This document shows, one piece after another, positions 1 through 9,603 of a DNA stretch of 64,000 nucleotides; the stretch's first letter is position 1, and each line of letters begins with the position of its first letter. A program made the translations under genes and the position numbers. The stretch covers positions 160,001 to 224,000 of IMG/VR virus record IMGVR_UViG_3300014203_000001; one strand, given 5' to 3'. Origin of the DNA: a virus (taxonomy: Duplodnaviria > Caudoviricetes). Under the pieces are notes generated by a model, which did no database searches, had not been told where the DNA came from, and saw only the letters and a program-made list of their open reading frames with translations.

Positions 1-1
1 A

Positions 2-1366
2 GATTTCTGTATTGGATCGGTATTCTATACCGATACTAAAGATTTTGATATCATGTCTAAGTATAACAAAACCGCATTAGACTCACATACTTCTCCTGGT
101 AAGATTCTGTGCAGAACTCCTGGAATAACAGATGTTATAGGAGTCGGAGTGGATTATGGTAATAATCTAATAACCATCTATAGCAATGGTAAACCATTCT
201 ATACGATTACTCCATCGTTATTTAAGATAAATGAAGAAGAAGATTTTTATTTTTGTATATGGGGAAACGTAAAGTGTTCTTTAAAAGGATATATAAACTT
301 TGGTAAGAGTGGAGTATTATATTTACCATCTGGGTATAGCTCGCTATATGGAGAATATTATAGACAATCTGCTAGTATTGATAATATATCTGGAAGTATA
401 ACTGTAAATGATATAACTCACGAGAAAGAATCTTCTGCTATATCTGGAATTATCATAGTTACTAATACACTAAAAGGAGACGGATCTCTAACTTTAGTTT
501 CTAAAACCGCTACTATAACAGATAGATTTGAATATACTCTTCCTACTATAACTAGTAATAATTATCTAGTAGATGGAGGAAATGTATTTTGCAATCTTCC
601 TATACCATATAGCCAAAAAATATATGTAGAGTTGTATGTAAAAGATGGAGTATTATCAGACGATTCTATTATAGGGATTCCTGCATCTATTGGTATCAGT
701 GGATCTATTAATGAAATAACAACTAAATCTATGAGAATGCCACTATATCATAAACAATGGCATAACTATACGTATACAGAAGTAAGCAATTCTAATCCTA
801 ATGTAACTCAAATAAGCGACGTGGATACTTCTATACCTAATGTGCAGGGTAAACTTATAGGATTGCTTTTCAATCTAGCTGAGAATGAGATCACTGTATT
901 AGTAGATAAAGTAGAATTATATACTGTTAAAGCTACTAGTTTAGACTTTAGTAAACCTAATACTTTAGCTTATTTATTTCTACATGATGAAGGAGCATAC
1001 AAAAATTCTATCACTGGGAGCTTTAATCTAGGGGAATATGATTTCATGGATGATATTCCAGATGGATATATGTCGCTATATCAGTATTATAATCTGTTCT
1101 ATCTAATAGAATCTCCTCCTAAGTATATAAATGGAACAATAACAGTTACTCCTTATATAGTGCCAAAAGCAGATTATCTATCTGGTTCTATTATAGTTCC
1201 AGAAGATCCAGATCCTACCGATGAATCGGGAACTATATTGAATAGACTAATGAAAACTTATAATGGAGTTACTGATGTGGAAGCACATGAAACTACAGAT
1301 ACAAGTTTAAATTATCTAGTATATTTGATTAAGAATAACAATAATGGATATACTATAGACGATTAG
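2..1366 (+). CDS. SPRY/B30.2-repeat virion (tail) protein, 5' partial
   Basis: The frame is open from position 2. Two SPRY-like units are present (DVIGVGVD..ITIYSNGK..YINFG..YLPSGY and LIGLLFN..ITVLVDK..SFNLG..DIPDGY). Confidence 0.65.
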   Translation, partial: DFCIGSVFYTDTKDFDIMSKYNKTALDSHTSPGKILCRTPGITDVIGVGVDYGNNLITIYSNGKPFYTITPSLFKINEEEDFYFCIWGNVKCSLKGYINFGKSGVLYLPSGYSSLYGEYYRQSASIDNISGSITVNDITHEKESSAISGIIIVTNTLKGDGSLTLVSKTATITDRFEYTLPTITSNNYLVDGGNVFCNLPIPYSQKIYVELYVKDGVLSDDSIIGIPASIGISGSINEITTKSMRMPLYHKQWHNYTYTEVSNSNPNVTQISDVDTSIPNVQGKLIGLLFNLAENEITVLVDKVELYTVKATSLDFSKPNTLAYLFLHDEGAYKNSITGSFNLGEYDFMDDIPDGYMSLYQYYNLFYLIESPPKYINGTITVTPYIVPKADYLSGSIIVPEDPDPTDESGTILNRLMKTYNGVTDVEAHETTDTSLNYLVYLIKNNNNGYTIDD

Positions 1367-1369
1367 ATT

Positions 1370-1393
1370 AAGAGTGCACAATTGTGCACTCTT
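1370..1393 (+). terminator. Intrinsic terminator-like hairpin
   Basis: Perfect palindrome aagagtgcacaattgtgcactctt just after the stop codon. Confidence 0.6.
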
Positions 1394-1405
1394 ATCATCT
1401 TTGAA

Positions 1406-1445
1406 TTATATATTATATAGATGAGTACAAATATATGATACTCGT
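1406..1445 (+). promoter_or_regulatory. Early promoter-like motif plus leader hairpin (copy 1)
   Basis: TTATATATTATA-taga-TGAG followed by GAGTAC..G-A-TACTC stem, then an RBS. Confidence 0.75.
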
Positions 1446-1466
1446 AAAATATAAGGGGGATTTATA

Positions 1467-2078
1467 ATGGGTAATAAAAATAATGAATTGGCAAAGGCAA
1501 TTGAGTTGCTGCACAAAAATGGAAAATTATTCGAGGTTTCAAAAATATGCATTCCTGTAGAATCAGAGGCGAAAGATATACCTTTTACTGTATATTACGA
1601 TTTAGCAGCAGATATTATCGATAGGGGGAGTACCATAATCGATATACCCGCTATTTTAATAGCTGCTGAGGAGTTCAAAAAGAAACAAGTGTATAATGAA
1701 ATGGATATTATTCGATTAGCTAATTCTATAACACAAATACTAGAGGATATATTAACTAAACGCAAAGAATATAAGAAAAGCCTTATATTAATAAATGAAC
1801 TTGCTGAGGCTCTGGCTAAGCTTTCTGATGAAAATAAGATTAGTATTCTTCATAAAAAAGAAGGATATGTTATTTATTATTCGGATGTGGCTAGGGAGAT
1901 AGTAGAAGGGAAAGGGTTAGATATAGATAATATTGCAAGTTATAACGCACAGTTTGATATTATGCCTCCAGAAATTATTTTATTAGAAACAGAGAATTAT
2001 AGTATATCTAAACGCCCTAACAAACCTGTTGACCTTAAAGACGCCATTATAAAGATGCTCTTAAACGAAGCCAAGTAA
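1467..2078 (+). CDS. Hypothetical protein (early cassette)
   Basis: 203 aa ORF with RBS aaggggga; no recognisable motif. Confidence 0.7.
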   Translation: MGNKNNELAKAIELLHKNGKLFEVSKICIPVESEAKDIPFTVYYDLAADIIDRGSTIIDIPAILIAAEEFKKKQVYNEMDIIRLANSITQILEDILTKRKEYKKSLILINELAEALAKLSDENKISILHKKEGYVIYYSDVAREIVEGKGLDIDNIASYNAQFDIMPPEIILLETENYSISKRPNKPVDLKDAIIKMLLNEAK

Positions 2079-2089
2079 ACAATATAATA
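2078..2089 (+). promoter_or_regulatory. Late/non-virion RNAP promoter-like motif AACA-N6-TA
   Basis: AACA-ATATAA-TA upstream of the 842 aa structural gene; matches the AR9 late promoter consensus. Confidence 0.5.
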
Positions 2090-2137
2090 AAGAGTGTAAT
2101 TATCGCACTCTTTATTTTTTATAAAGGGAGTGATTTA

Positions 2138-4666
2138 ATGTCTTATGATTTAGAAAATAAAATAACGATGGATGAGCTAGCTCCGTCATTGCAGAAAAGA
2201 TTAGTTGATCTTAGAACAGATTTATCAAATACTGAATTGGAGCTTGCTACTCATGAAACCAACAATTCGATACACGTTACTCAAGATCTTAAAGATAAGA
2301 TTACTAATAGTTCGACTGAATTAGCTGAGCATGAAGCCAATTCGAGTATTCATGTAGCTCCAACTGATAGGACTAATTGGAATAATAAATTGGACTCTAG
2401 CGCATTAGCTACTACAATAACTACAGTAATGGATTTGAATGATAGGACTAAAGAGAATACAATACGGGATTATATTGATTCTTATGATTTTTTAAACTTT
2501 AATCCTAAAATAGGCTTCTTAGATCAAACTAAAGCCAACCTATCAGCTGCGTTTAATATGTCATATTCGCCAATAAATAACAGACGACCATACCATATCA
2601 TCTCTGATTTTGAGGGTAGGTTAAATCTATATTTCCCTGCATCCAATGATCCATCCACCCCTACAAAACTATATAAAGCATATAGGATGAGTGATAGTGG
2701 AGCATGGGTATTTGAAAACGATCCAATTAAACCTCCATATTTTGGAACTAACGATTATGCAATTGATGTTAGAGCTGCTGGGTATAATTATATAATTATA
2801 CAAGCAAACGTGGGCGGTGCTAATGTATATCATTTAATATTACATAACGGTACAGGCAATGTCTCTAAATGGACCACATATAGAAATATAACATCATTGG
2901 TTAATAGTGTTAATATTGATAATTTAATATATTTTTCAGAATATGATACATTAGCTGCGGTATATTGGGATTCGTCTAAAATATTATGGTTAGCTGTATA
3001 TAATGCTACTACGTTTAGCTTAATAAAAAAAGTGCAATTGTTTAGTAAAGCTAACATAATATATTCTAGTTGGTGGGTTGATCATCCGTTAGATTTAGTC
3101 GTTTGTTCATACACTTATGTAAATACTAAATCACAACTAATAATTGAAACTGGTTGTTGGTGGAATGTTGCTCTTAATTCTGATGGTTTGCATCGAGCTA
3201 CCCCATCAATATTAGCTCATATATTTAATATCCCACCAATATTTTTTAAAGATGGTAGTGGAACCATTTCCAGCGCAATAGATTTGAATACTGAGTATAA
3301 GTTTGATGGTAGTGGTGATGGTATTGTACAATACCATCATAGGTTTTCAGCTTTAACATATGATTATTATGATGATTGTATATATGTAGGATGGAGATTT
3401 ATAGATGATGTATCGAACTGTTTTGGTCGAATAGATGTCAAGACAGCGCCTATGAGTAAATTATATATCCTTCCAACCCAACAGATATTAAACCCTCCAG
3501 ATACTTGCCCATGGGCTAAAGTACAAAGAGAGCCATTTTTAATGGGTAATAATTGGTATTTCAGATGTTTCTCAAATAAATATGGAGAACAAGTATGTCA
3601 TGTAAATTATAAAAAGAATGGTACTAGTAATAAACTAGAAGTTATCGGTGGGTTATGGTCTATATATGATAATACATTAGACAAATATGCTATAGACTGT
3701 GTGCGATATAGCGACTCTAATGTAAAATGGAACTATATTAATACTGGAGATAATACAATCACTGAAGTAAACTTTTCTGGTAAAGATATAAGTTTATCTA
3801 ATACTCCAATATTAACAATTCCATCTTTACCGTCTGGTATACAGAATATCAGATGCTGGTACAATCCTATAAATAATAAAATATATGCAATGGTTATAGA
3901 TATAACATCTACAGATGCAACTAAACAGGGTTTAGCATATATTCTAGAATACGATTGCGCAACTGGAGTGTATAAAAGTCATAAAAATGTTTCTGTTGGA
4001 TGGATGGAATTTTTTAATAATTCGATTGGACAATTAAAAACATATGCACAAATGGGCATATATTCTAATATATTTATAAATTCAGATGAGTCTATGTATT
4101 TTTATATATACTACTCAGGTACAGTATCTAATGGTAAAAGACTTGTTAAATTATCTCCTCAACCTGATGGGACCTTATTATTTACAGACTTTTCTATAAA
4201 TATTACATTGCTATATTCTCAATCTTATATTGGATATGATTCTAACTTTGGTGTATTTACTACGAATAAGTTCAATTTATGGACAACCTCTGCTATTTCT
4301 TGCACTCGCGATTATGTAAATGGAGGGGCGGATAAATCTATAGACACCACTTTTAATGGTAATGGGTATTTATTTTATTTTGGATTGAATGGTTCTACTG
4401 GATTGGTAGCATACTTACAGGATACTCCGATATTCTTAGGCGGTTATTATTCTACCATTCCGTCACAGGAGATATATCTAAATCCAAATAGTGATAATTA
4501 TATTTATTTCAGTAGAGACAAATCTGATAGAACTAAAGTAAATATAAATAATTTTCCAAAACTAATGGGAGATCCGACTTCAATTCAATTTAGTAGAGTA
4601 TTGGCTGGTAAGATAACTACAGACGCTGCCAATCCGACTTCGCAAACATTATACAATATAGGATAA
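2138..4666 (+). CDS. Tail fibre / receptor-binding-like virion protein
   Basis: Duplicated N-terminal EL(A)xHExNxSIHV fibre-type His motif, followed by a beta-rich aromatic body; 842 aa. Confidence 0.6.
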   Translation: MSYDLENKITMDELAPSLQKRLVDLRTDLSNTELELATHETNNSIHVTQDLKDKITNSSTELAEHEANSSIHVAPTDRTNWNNKLDSSALATTITTVMDLNDRTKENTIRDYIDSYDFLNFNPKIGFLDQTKANLSAAFNMSYSPINNRRPYHIISDFEGRLNLYFPASNDPSTPTKLYKAYRMSDSGAWVFENDPIKPPYFGTNDYAIDVRAAGYNYIIIQANVGGANVYHLILHNGTGNVSKWTTYRNITSLVNSVNIDNLIYFSEYDTLAAVYWDSSKILWLAVYNATTFSLIKKVQLFSKANIIYSSWWVDHPLDLVVCSYTYVNTKSQLIIETGCWWNVALNSDGLHRATPSILAHIFNIPPIFFKDGSGTISSAIDLNTEYKFDGSGDGIVQYHHRFSALTYDYYDDCIYVGWRFIDDVSNCFGRIDVKTAPMSKLYILPTQQILNPPDTCPWAKVQREPFLMGNNWYFRCFSNKYGEQVCHVNYKKNGTSNKLEVIGGLWSIYDNTLDKYAIDCVRYSDSNVKWNYINTGDNTITEVNFSGKDISLSNTPILTIPSLPSGIQNIRCWYNPINNKIYAMVIDITSTDATKQGLAYILEYDCATGVYKSHKNVSVGWMEFFNNSIGQLKTYAQMGIYSNIFINSDESMYFYIYYSGTVSNGKRLVKLSPQPDGTLLFTDFSINITLLYSQSYIGYDSNFGVFTTNKFNLWTTSAISCTRDYVNGGADKSIDTTFNGNGYLFYFGLNGSTGLVAYLQDTPIFLGGYYSTIPSQEIYLNPNSDNYIYFSRDKSDRTKVNINNFPKLMGDPTSIQFSRVLAGKITTDAANPTSQTLYNIG

Positions 4667-4670
4667 AATA

Positions 4671-4703
4671 TATACCCCTATACTAAATTAGTATAGGGGT
4701 ATA
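4671..4703 (+). terminator. Intrinsic terminator-like hairpin
   Basis: tatacccctatactaa-a-ttagtataggggtata inverted repeat after the stop codon. Confidence 0.6.
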
Positions 4704-4779
4704 TAATATTGATTTTTATATCAATATATACAATCTTATAAGATAGAGGAGGGCGGAATGAAATATTAAAATAGTACGA

Positions 4780-4799
4780 TTATATATTATATACATGAG
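4780..4799 (+). promoter_or_regulatory. Early promoter-like motif (copy 2)
   Basis: TTATATATTATA-taca-TGAG. Confidence 0.75.
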
Positions 4800-4825
4800 C
4801 AATATTAAAAGGAGATGTATATAAT

Positions 4826-5323
4826 ATGGAAAAGATAAGTATTCCAAACTTAGAGCCTGATGTGATAGACGCTATATTCAATTGTTTATATAAAACTAGC
4901 ACTAAAGAAACACCAGCTCTATTATTTGGTACTCCAGAGAGTAGAGAAAGAAGATCAGCATTCTTATTAGCACATGGAACGCCAGAAGGTAATATTATAA
5001 TTAACGGAGTAGAAAGAAACACTAAAGATACTCTAGAAGAGTTAATCTCTTCTGGATTGTTAGATGCTACATATTTTACTAAAGTATATACTATTAGCTG
5101 TCATGGAGGAGAACAACTATACGCTACTAATAACGGAGTCAGTATAGAAAGTATACACAATTCTTCAGATCAGATTGATATTATGATAGATGTAAATAAT
5201 AATATCTTAAATATCTGCATTGGTATGCCTAAGTGGGAAAGACTAGTTAGAAATGTATGGGGAACTATTATATTCCCAGTATTAAACTGGATTAATAATA
5301 AAAATAAGAAAGGGATAGGATAA
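4826..5323 (+). CDS. Putative minimal clan-CD (caspase-fold) cysteine peptidase
   Basis: Hydrophobic strand plus HG (FLLAHG) and hydrophobic strand plus SC (VYTISCH). Confidence 0.4.
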   Translation: MEKISIPNLEPDVIDAIFNCLYKTSTKETPALLFGTPESRERRSAFLLAHGTPEGNIIINGVERNTKDTLEELISSGLLDATYFTKVYTISCHGGEQLYATNNGVSIESIHNSSDQIDIMIDVNNNILNICIGMPKWERLVRNVWGTIIFPVLNWINNKNKKGIG

Positions 5324-5655
5324 TGGTTAAGATATGGACAGCTAGAGTAGATTATAAAGGAGAAGACAGATTAGATATAACTATTAAGAAAGATATAAAT
5401 CCAGCATTTACTCCTACATGGAAGATGGTATCTGGTCATAAGAATAAGATAATATCATGGGAAGAATATACTAGATTATATCTAGAAAAGATGAGAGTAT
5501 CTTATATGCATAATAGAGTAGAATGGAATAAGATACTTAATATGGAAGAAGTAACATTCGTTTGTTTTTGTAAGGCTAAGCAATGTCATAGATATTTATT
5601 AGCAGATTTGTTTGTAAATCTAGGAGCAACTTATATGGGAGAAAGGAAGGTATAA
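5323..5655 (+). CDS. DUF488-like protein
   Basis: FTPTWKMV..ISWEEYTRLY..VTFVCFC....CHRYLLA pattern. Confidence 0.6.
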   Translation: MVKIWTARVDYKGEDRLDITIKKDINPAFTPTWKMVSGHKNKIISWEEYTRLYLEKMRVSYMHNRVEWNKILNMEEVTFVCFCKAKQCHRYLLADLFVNLGATYMGERKV

Positions 5656-5656
5656 A

Positions 5657-5833
5657 ATGAAATTAGTAGTACACTGGGTAGGAGATAATGTTGTTGAGGA
5701 ATTTGACCAGCTGGTGAGTATAAACGTTGTTTATAATACATGTTTACATGCAAAGTTCAAATGCGACCCGAAGGATATGATAATACCATTATATAACATT
5801 AAATATTATTACATTGAAAAGGATGATGAATAA
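5657..5833 (+). CDS. Small hypothetical protein (58 aa, not in ORF track)
   Basis: RBS ggaagg, ATG at 5657, and its TAA overlaps the next ATG (TAATG). Confidence 0.6.
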   Translation: MKLVVHWVGDNVVEEFDQLVSINVVYNTCLHAKFKCDPKDMIIPLYNIKYYYIEKDDE

Positions 5834-6257
5834 TGGATAACAAGATCGCAGGATTTATAGGGTATTATCGTTTTCTAAGTAATTTCTACTCAGCTAGAGT
5901 AGAAGTAGATGGATTTGTATTCTTAAATAATGAAGCAGCTTTCCAAAGCTATAAATGTAAATGGTCAAACGCGCACAATTCTTCTGTAGTTTAAATCCAT
6001 CTGAAGCTAAGAGAGCTGGTAGAAGAGCTATATTAAGAAAAGATTGGGAAGAGATAAAAGAAGATGTTATGTATAAAGTAGTTCTTGCTAAGTTTGTGCA
6101 GAACGAAGAATTAAAGTACAAATTACTAGATACAGGATCTGCCGAATTAATAGAAGAGAATAATTGGGGGGATAGAATATGGGGTACTGTAAATGGTAAA
6201 GGAAGAAATTTATTAGGTAAGATTTTAATGAGAGTTAGAGAAGAATTAAAAGAGTAG
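5833..6257 (+). pseudogene. NADAR/YbiA family protein with a frameshift
   Basis: The 5833 frame gives YRFLSNFY..EAAFQ; the frame listed as 5961 gives SEAKRAGR..DWEE..AKFVQN..LLDTG..WGDRIWG..GRNLLGKILMRVREEL. The shift is near 5950-5961. Confidence 0.8.
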
Positions 6258-6262
6258 ATATA

Positions 6263-6296
6263 AGGGTATGCAATTTGCATACCCTATTTATTTTTT
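6263..6296. terminator. Bidirectional terminator between convergent operons
   Basis: agggtatgc-aattt-gcataccct followed by a T-rich tail. Confidence 0.7.
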
Positions 6297-6510
6297 ATAA
6301 TCCACAACAATATAATTGGCATATATTAATATTGGCATTTATAATAGGCTGAGGATTTGTATCCCATGTATCTTCTGTTGTGTTCCATGCTACTATTTTA
6401 GTTTCATTGTCTAAAGTATTTGGGTAAACTGCAGATTCGGTAATATTAGTAGCAAAATCAAATACGTCTGGAAGTGTTTGCCATCTTACTATTCTAGTTT
6501 CATCATTCAT
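6295..6510 (-). CDS. Small tail-cluster protein
   Basis: RBS gaggtg; the C-terminal CQLxxxGL is shared with 7592..8035. Confidence 0.6.
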   Translation of the reverse strand: MNDETRIVRWQTLPDVFDFATNITESAVYPNTLDNETKIVAWNTTEDTWDTNPQPIINANINICQLYCCGL

Positions 6511-6522
6511 ATTATATCACCT

Positions 6523-7569
6523 CTACAATGCCAAACGGCTGCATACCGTAGTAGATAATGTTTTTTCATCGTTACAGAAAATACCAGTATATGTACATAT
6601 ATTACTAGTCGCACTATTTACTTGAGTGGTATACGCGTATATCCCTGTAGATGGAGTTGCGGTGTAATCATATAGCCCACAACTAGCAACCGCACTCGTT
6701 GCCGATGGAAAAAATCCACCATTTGGGTCGGTATTTATATTTTTAATAAACCCACTAGCACTAGGAACAGTACACAAATCAATATATCCAGTTCCTGAAT
6801 TGTTATAATATTTATTTGACACTTTTATCGTTCCAGTACTATTTAATATACCATCGTATATCATATGATGAGGTCCAAATAAATTTTCTATTCCTCTATA
6901 AGTCATAGGTTTAGTATATGAAGTTCCCGAAGTTATTCCATATGTATTACTATTATTTCCATCTACCAATGTCGTTCCAGTTGTATCTGCAGTAATTAAA
7001 CCATGCCCAAGCATTGACTGACTATCAGGATTACCAAATTCGGTAATGTATATCATTTGGAGAGCATTTAATAAATAATAATCGAAAAAGCAATATCCTA
7101 ATCCCATAGTTTTTGCTGCAGTTCTAAGTCCTGTAATATTATTAGAGGTTGGAGTTTTACCTGGTATACTTCTATATCTGCCCAACACATCAGTGTACCC
7201 TACGAACGCTCCAATATATCTATATGGAACTTCTACCGCAACTGCTGTAGAATCATCACATGCTTTTGTTTGGTCTTTGAAAAATGCTGGGTGTATTTCC
7301 CATTCATTCGCCGATATAGTAGGAGTATCTTTTATTACACTAGACACCCCGAAGTAAAAAGATTGCGTATTAGCATCCCACTTTTTACAAAAGTAGAATT
7401 TAGGTATTTGTACCATTACATTTTGCCCAGTACTTTCTACTACTGCCCAGTCAACTGCCGTTCCGTCCATTTTATAATTAGAATTATTCGGATCTAAAAA
7501 ATACGCTACTGTTTTATCTGGATTCATAATACACCGTACCATTGCACCATATGGATTTCCTAAAGCCAT
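6523..7569 (-). CDS. Tail fibre / C-type-lectin-fold (Mtd-like) receptor-binding protein
   Basis: VMVQIPKFY..IHPAF..YIGAF..YRGIENLFG..SRL pattern typical of phage tail proteins with a CLec/FGE-like fold. Confidence 0.65.
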   Translation of the reverse strand: MALGNPYGAMVRCIMNPDKTVAYFLDPNNSNYKMDGTAVDWAVVESTGQNVMVQIPKFYFCKKWDANTQSFYFGVSSVIKDTPTISANEWEIHPAFFKDQTKACDDSTAVAVEVPYRYIGAFVGYTDVLGRYRSIPGKTPTSNNITGLRTAAKTMGLGYCFFDYYLLNALQMIYITEFGNPDSQSMLGHGLITADTTGTTLVDGNNSNTYGITSGTSYTKPMTYRGIENLFGPHHMIYDGILNSTGTIKVSNKYYNNSGTGYIDLCTVPSASGFIKNINTDPNGGFFPSATSAVASCGLYDYTATPSTGIYAYTTQVNSATSNICTYTGIFCNDEKTLSTTVCSRLAL

Positions 7570-7591
7570 TTTAAATACACATCCTTATTTT

Positions 7592-8035
7592 TTATAATCC
7601 ACTTGTAAATAATTGGCAATTTACCTCTGGTATTTCGATTATGCTAATATCCATAGCATCCAATACAACAGCTTTGTCTGTATTATTAACAATTGTTAGA
7701 ACATGTTGTGTATTGGTTAAATTTAATGCTTCATATGATACAACCTTAACTCCTATATCAGAATGCGATACAATAGATTGAATTCCATCTATTGTATACG
7801 TGACACTATTACTATGATTAACTGTACCATATGATATAATTCTAATACCCACCCCAATAAAAGTTACAGTTGCTGTCGCGCCAATAGTATATGTATACGA
7901 CATACCGCTGCCTGTATATGCAGGATCTGCACCGCTATGCACCCAATCGGTAGAATAAGCAACAATAGAATCAGTATCTTCATATCGTACCCATCCAGCT
8001 TCTGGAGTTGGTAAGTATTCCCCTATATTAGCCAT
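7592..8035 (-). CDS. Carbohydrate-binding-like tail accessory protein
   Basis: Beta-sandwich pattern (ATVTFIGVGI..IDG..HVLTI..LDAMDI); the N-terminus MANIG..PE.GW.RY is shared with 9604..11433. Confidence 0.55.
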   Translation of the reverse strand: MANIGEYLPTPEAGWVRYEDTDSIVAYSTDWVHSGADPAYTGSGMSYTYTIGATATVTFIGVGIRIISYGTVNHSNSVTYTIDGIQSIVSHSDIGVKVVSYEALNLTNTQHVLTIVNNTDKAVVLDAMDISIIEIPEVNCQLFTSGL

Positions 8036-8056
8036 ACATTAACCTCCTTTTATAAA

Positions 8057-8089
8057 ATAGATAGTACTAGATTATCTAGTACTATCTAT
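8057..8089 (-). terminator. Intergenic hairpin
   Basis: atagatagtactaga-tta-tctagtactatctat. Confidence 0.55.
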
Positions 8090-8096
8090 CATTATT

Positions 8097-8654
8097 TTAT
8101 ACTTCTGTCCACACAACAGCATCTACTTCTTCTATAGTAGTTGCTGCTTCCAATGTTACATCGCATAGTGTTCTGTATGTCTCATGTAATTTGCCTTTAG
8201 TAATAGCGATAGCTATAGGCGCTTCAGCTAGTTGCTGAGCAGTCAACTCTATAGTGGAATTGTCTTTTAATGTCCAAGTAATATTACTAAACACTGTATT
8301 ATTTATAATAGCAGTTTGCGCTGCGGTTACTGCTACCATTAATCTAGTAATACTCCTATCATCAGAATCAAAAGTTTTTTCTAAATAAACAAATCCATCA
8401 TTAGCTTCTTTAAAATCTCTTATCGATTTTAAAGAGGTTTTCTTTTCAGTTTTAGCATCTGCTAAAGTTCTTACATATGGTGCGGGTGGCTCTGGTGGTA
8501 TGATGGGAGTTAATATATCATTAATATAATCATTACTAGTCCAATCAATACATGACCCATCAGTAAATCCAATGAATCCAGATGGGCATTCCTCACTTAT
8601 AGAAGTTTCTATAGGTTTCTTTCCGCCATTAAATTTATACCAATACTTATTCAT
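8097..8654 (-). CDS. DUF4376-like tail fibre assembly protein
   Basis: TLADAKTEKK..FDSD..WTLKDNS..AATTIEEVDAVVW pattern; lies downstream of a fibre gene. Confidence 0.7.
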   Translation of the reverse strand: MNKYWYKFNGGKKPIETSISEECPSGFIGFTDGSCIDWTSNDYINDILTPIIPPEPPAPYVRTLADAKTEKKTSLKSIRDFKEANDGFVYLEKTFDSDDRSITRLMVAVTAAQTAIINNTVFSNITWTLKDNSTIELTAQQLAEAPIAIAITKGKLHETYRTLCDVTLEAATTIEEVDAVVWTEV

Positions 8655-8666
8655 CTAAACTCCTCC

Positions 8667-9521
8667 TTATCTATTTGCCCATTTTTGATTAATTGTTAAA
8701 CTACAAGCTGACAATCCAGCACCAGTAACAGTATACTGAAACTTATCATCTTCTGTCCCTGTAATAGTGCCAGTCCATGTAGTAAGACCAGCAGCAGATA
8801 TACTTGCTGTGGCTACCACAACATCATTTTGTTTAACGGTTATAGTTGTAGCTGCAGTTGGTGTGCCAACACAGTAGAAGTTAATCTGTGATAGTGTTCC
8901 GTTTCTACCTAATGGTAAAATATGAGAAGTAAAAGCATCCGCTGGATTAGTAATCAAAAATGGCATATTCCATTTTAGACTCCACAGCTTAGTTAAAGAA
9001 GCGTGAATAATACCATCCCAACTTGCATTTCCAATTATCTCTTTAAATCTTTTGGTAAACATACTTAGAAATGGGAGAAGTTTATTAGTGTTGCTATATG
9101 CTGTAGTTATAGAATCGTCTACAGTTCTATTACCAATAGCATCATCACTAATAGAATCAGCTACAATAATAGCGTCCTGCCCAGCAACACCAGGATCGCC
9201 TTTTTCTCCTGGAATGCCTTGAATACCTGGTTCACCCTGTATACCCTGGGGACCTTGCAATCCAACATTCTCTTCCCAGTCAGTATCAGAAGTAGTATTG
9301 CCAGCTGGATTAGTAATTAATTTATATTCTTTACCATTTTCAATAACGGCTACACTCATTAATATTTCTCTTCTATCTGCAGTTATATTATTGCGTTCTA
9401 TTAGAGTATCGACTGTTCTGTGACCACCTTTACCATATTTAGCTTGATGAGTAGCAAAAGGATCTTGATCTGTGAAAGGCAACAGTGTTGCCGCAACATT
9501 TGTACCTGCTAAATTAGCCAT
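8667..9521 (-). CDS. Collagen-like tail fibre protein
   Basis: Gly-X-Y run GLQGPQGIQGEPGIQGIPGEKGDPGVAGQD; the N-terminal ~85 aa are paralogous to 14311..15414. Confidence 0.7.
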   Translation of the reverse strand: MANLAGTNVAATLLPFTDQDPFATHQAKYGKGGHRTVDTLIERNNITADRREILMSVAVIENGKEYKLITNPAGNTTSDTDWEENVGLQGPQGIQGEPGIQGIPGEKGDPGVAGQDAIIVADSISDDAIGNRTVDDSITTAYSNTNKLLPFLSMFTKRFKEIIGNASWDGIIHASLTKLWSLKWNMPFLITNPADAFTSHILPLGRNGTLSQINFYCVGTPTAATTITVKQNDVVVATASISAAGLTTWTGTITGTEDDKFQYTVTGAGLSACSLTINQKWANR

Positions 9522-9566
9522 TTTATTTCCTCCTTTAGATGTATTATTAATAGGTTAGCAATATAA

Positions 9567-9594
9567 AGAGAGTACTTCTTTAGAAGTACTCTCT
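9567..9594 (-). terminator. Terminator separating the two minus-strand tail operons
   Basis: agagagtacttct-tt-agaagtactctct. Confidence 0.6.
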
Positions 9595-9603
9595 ATAAAT
9601 ATT

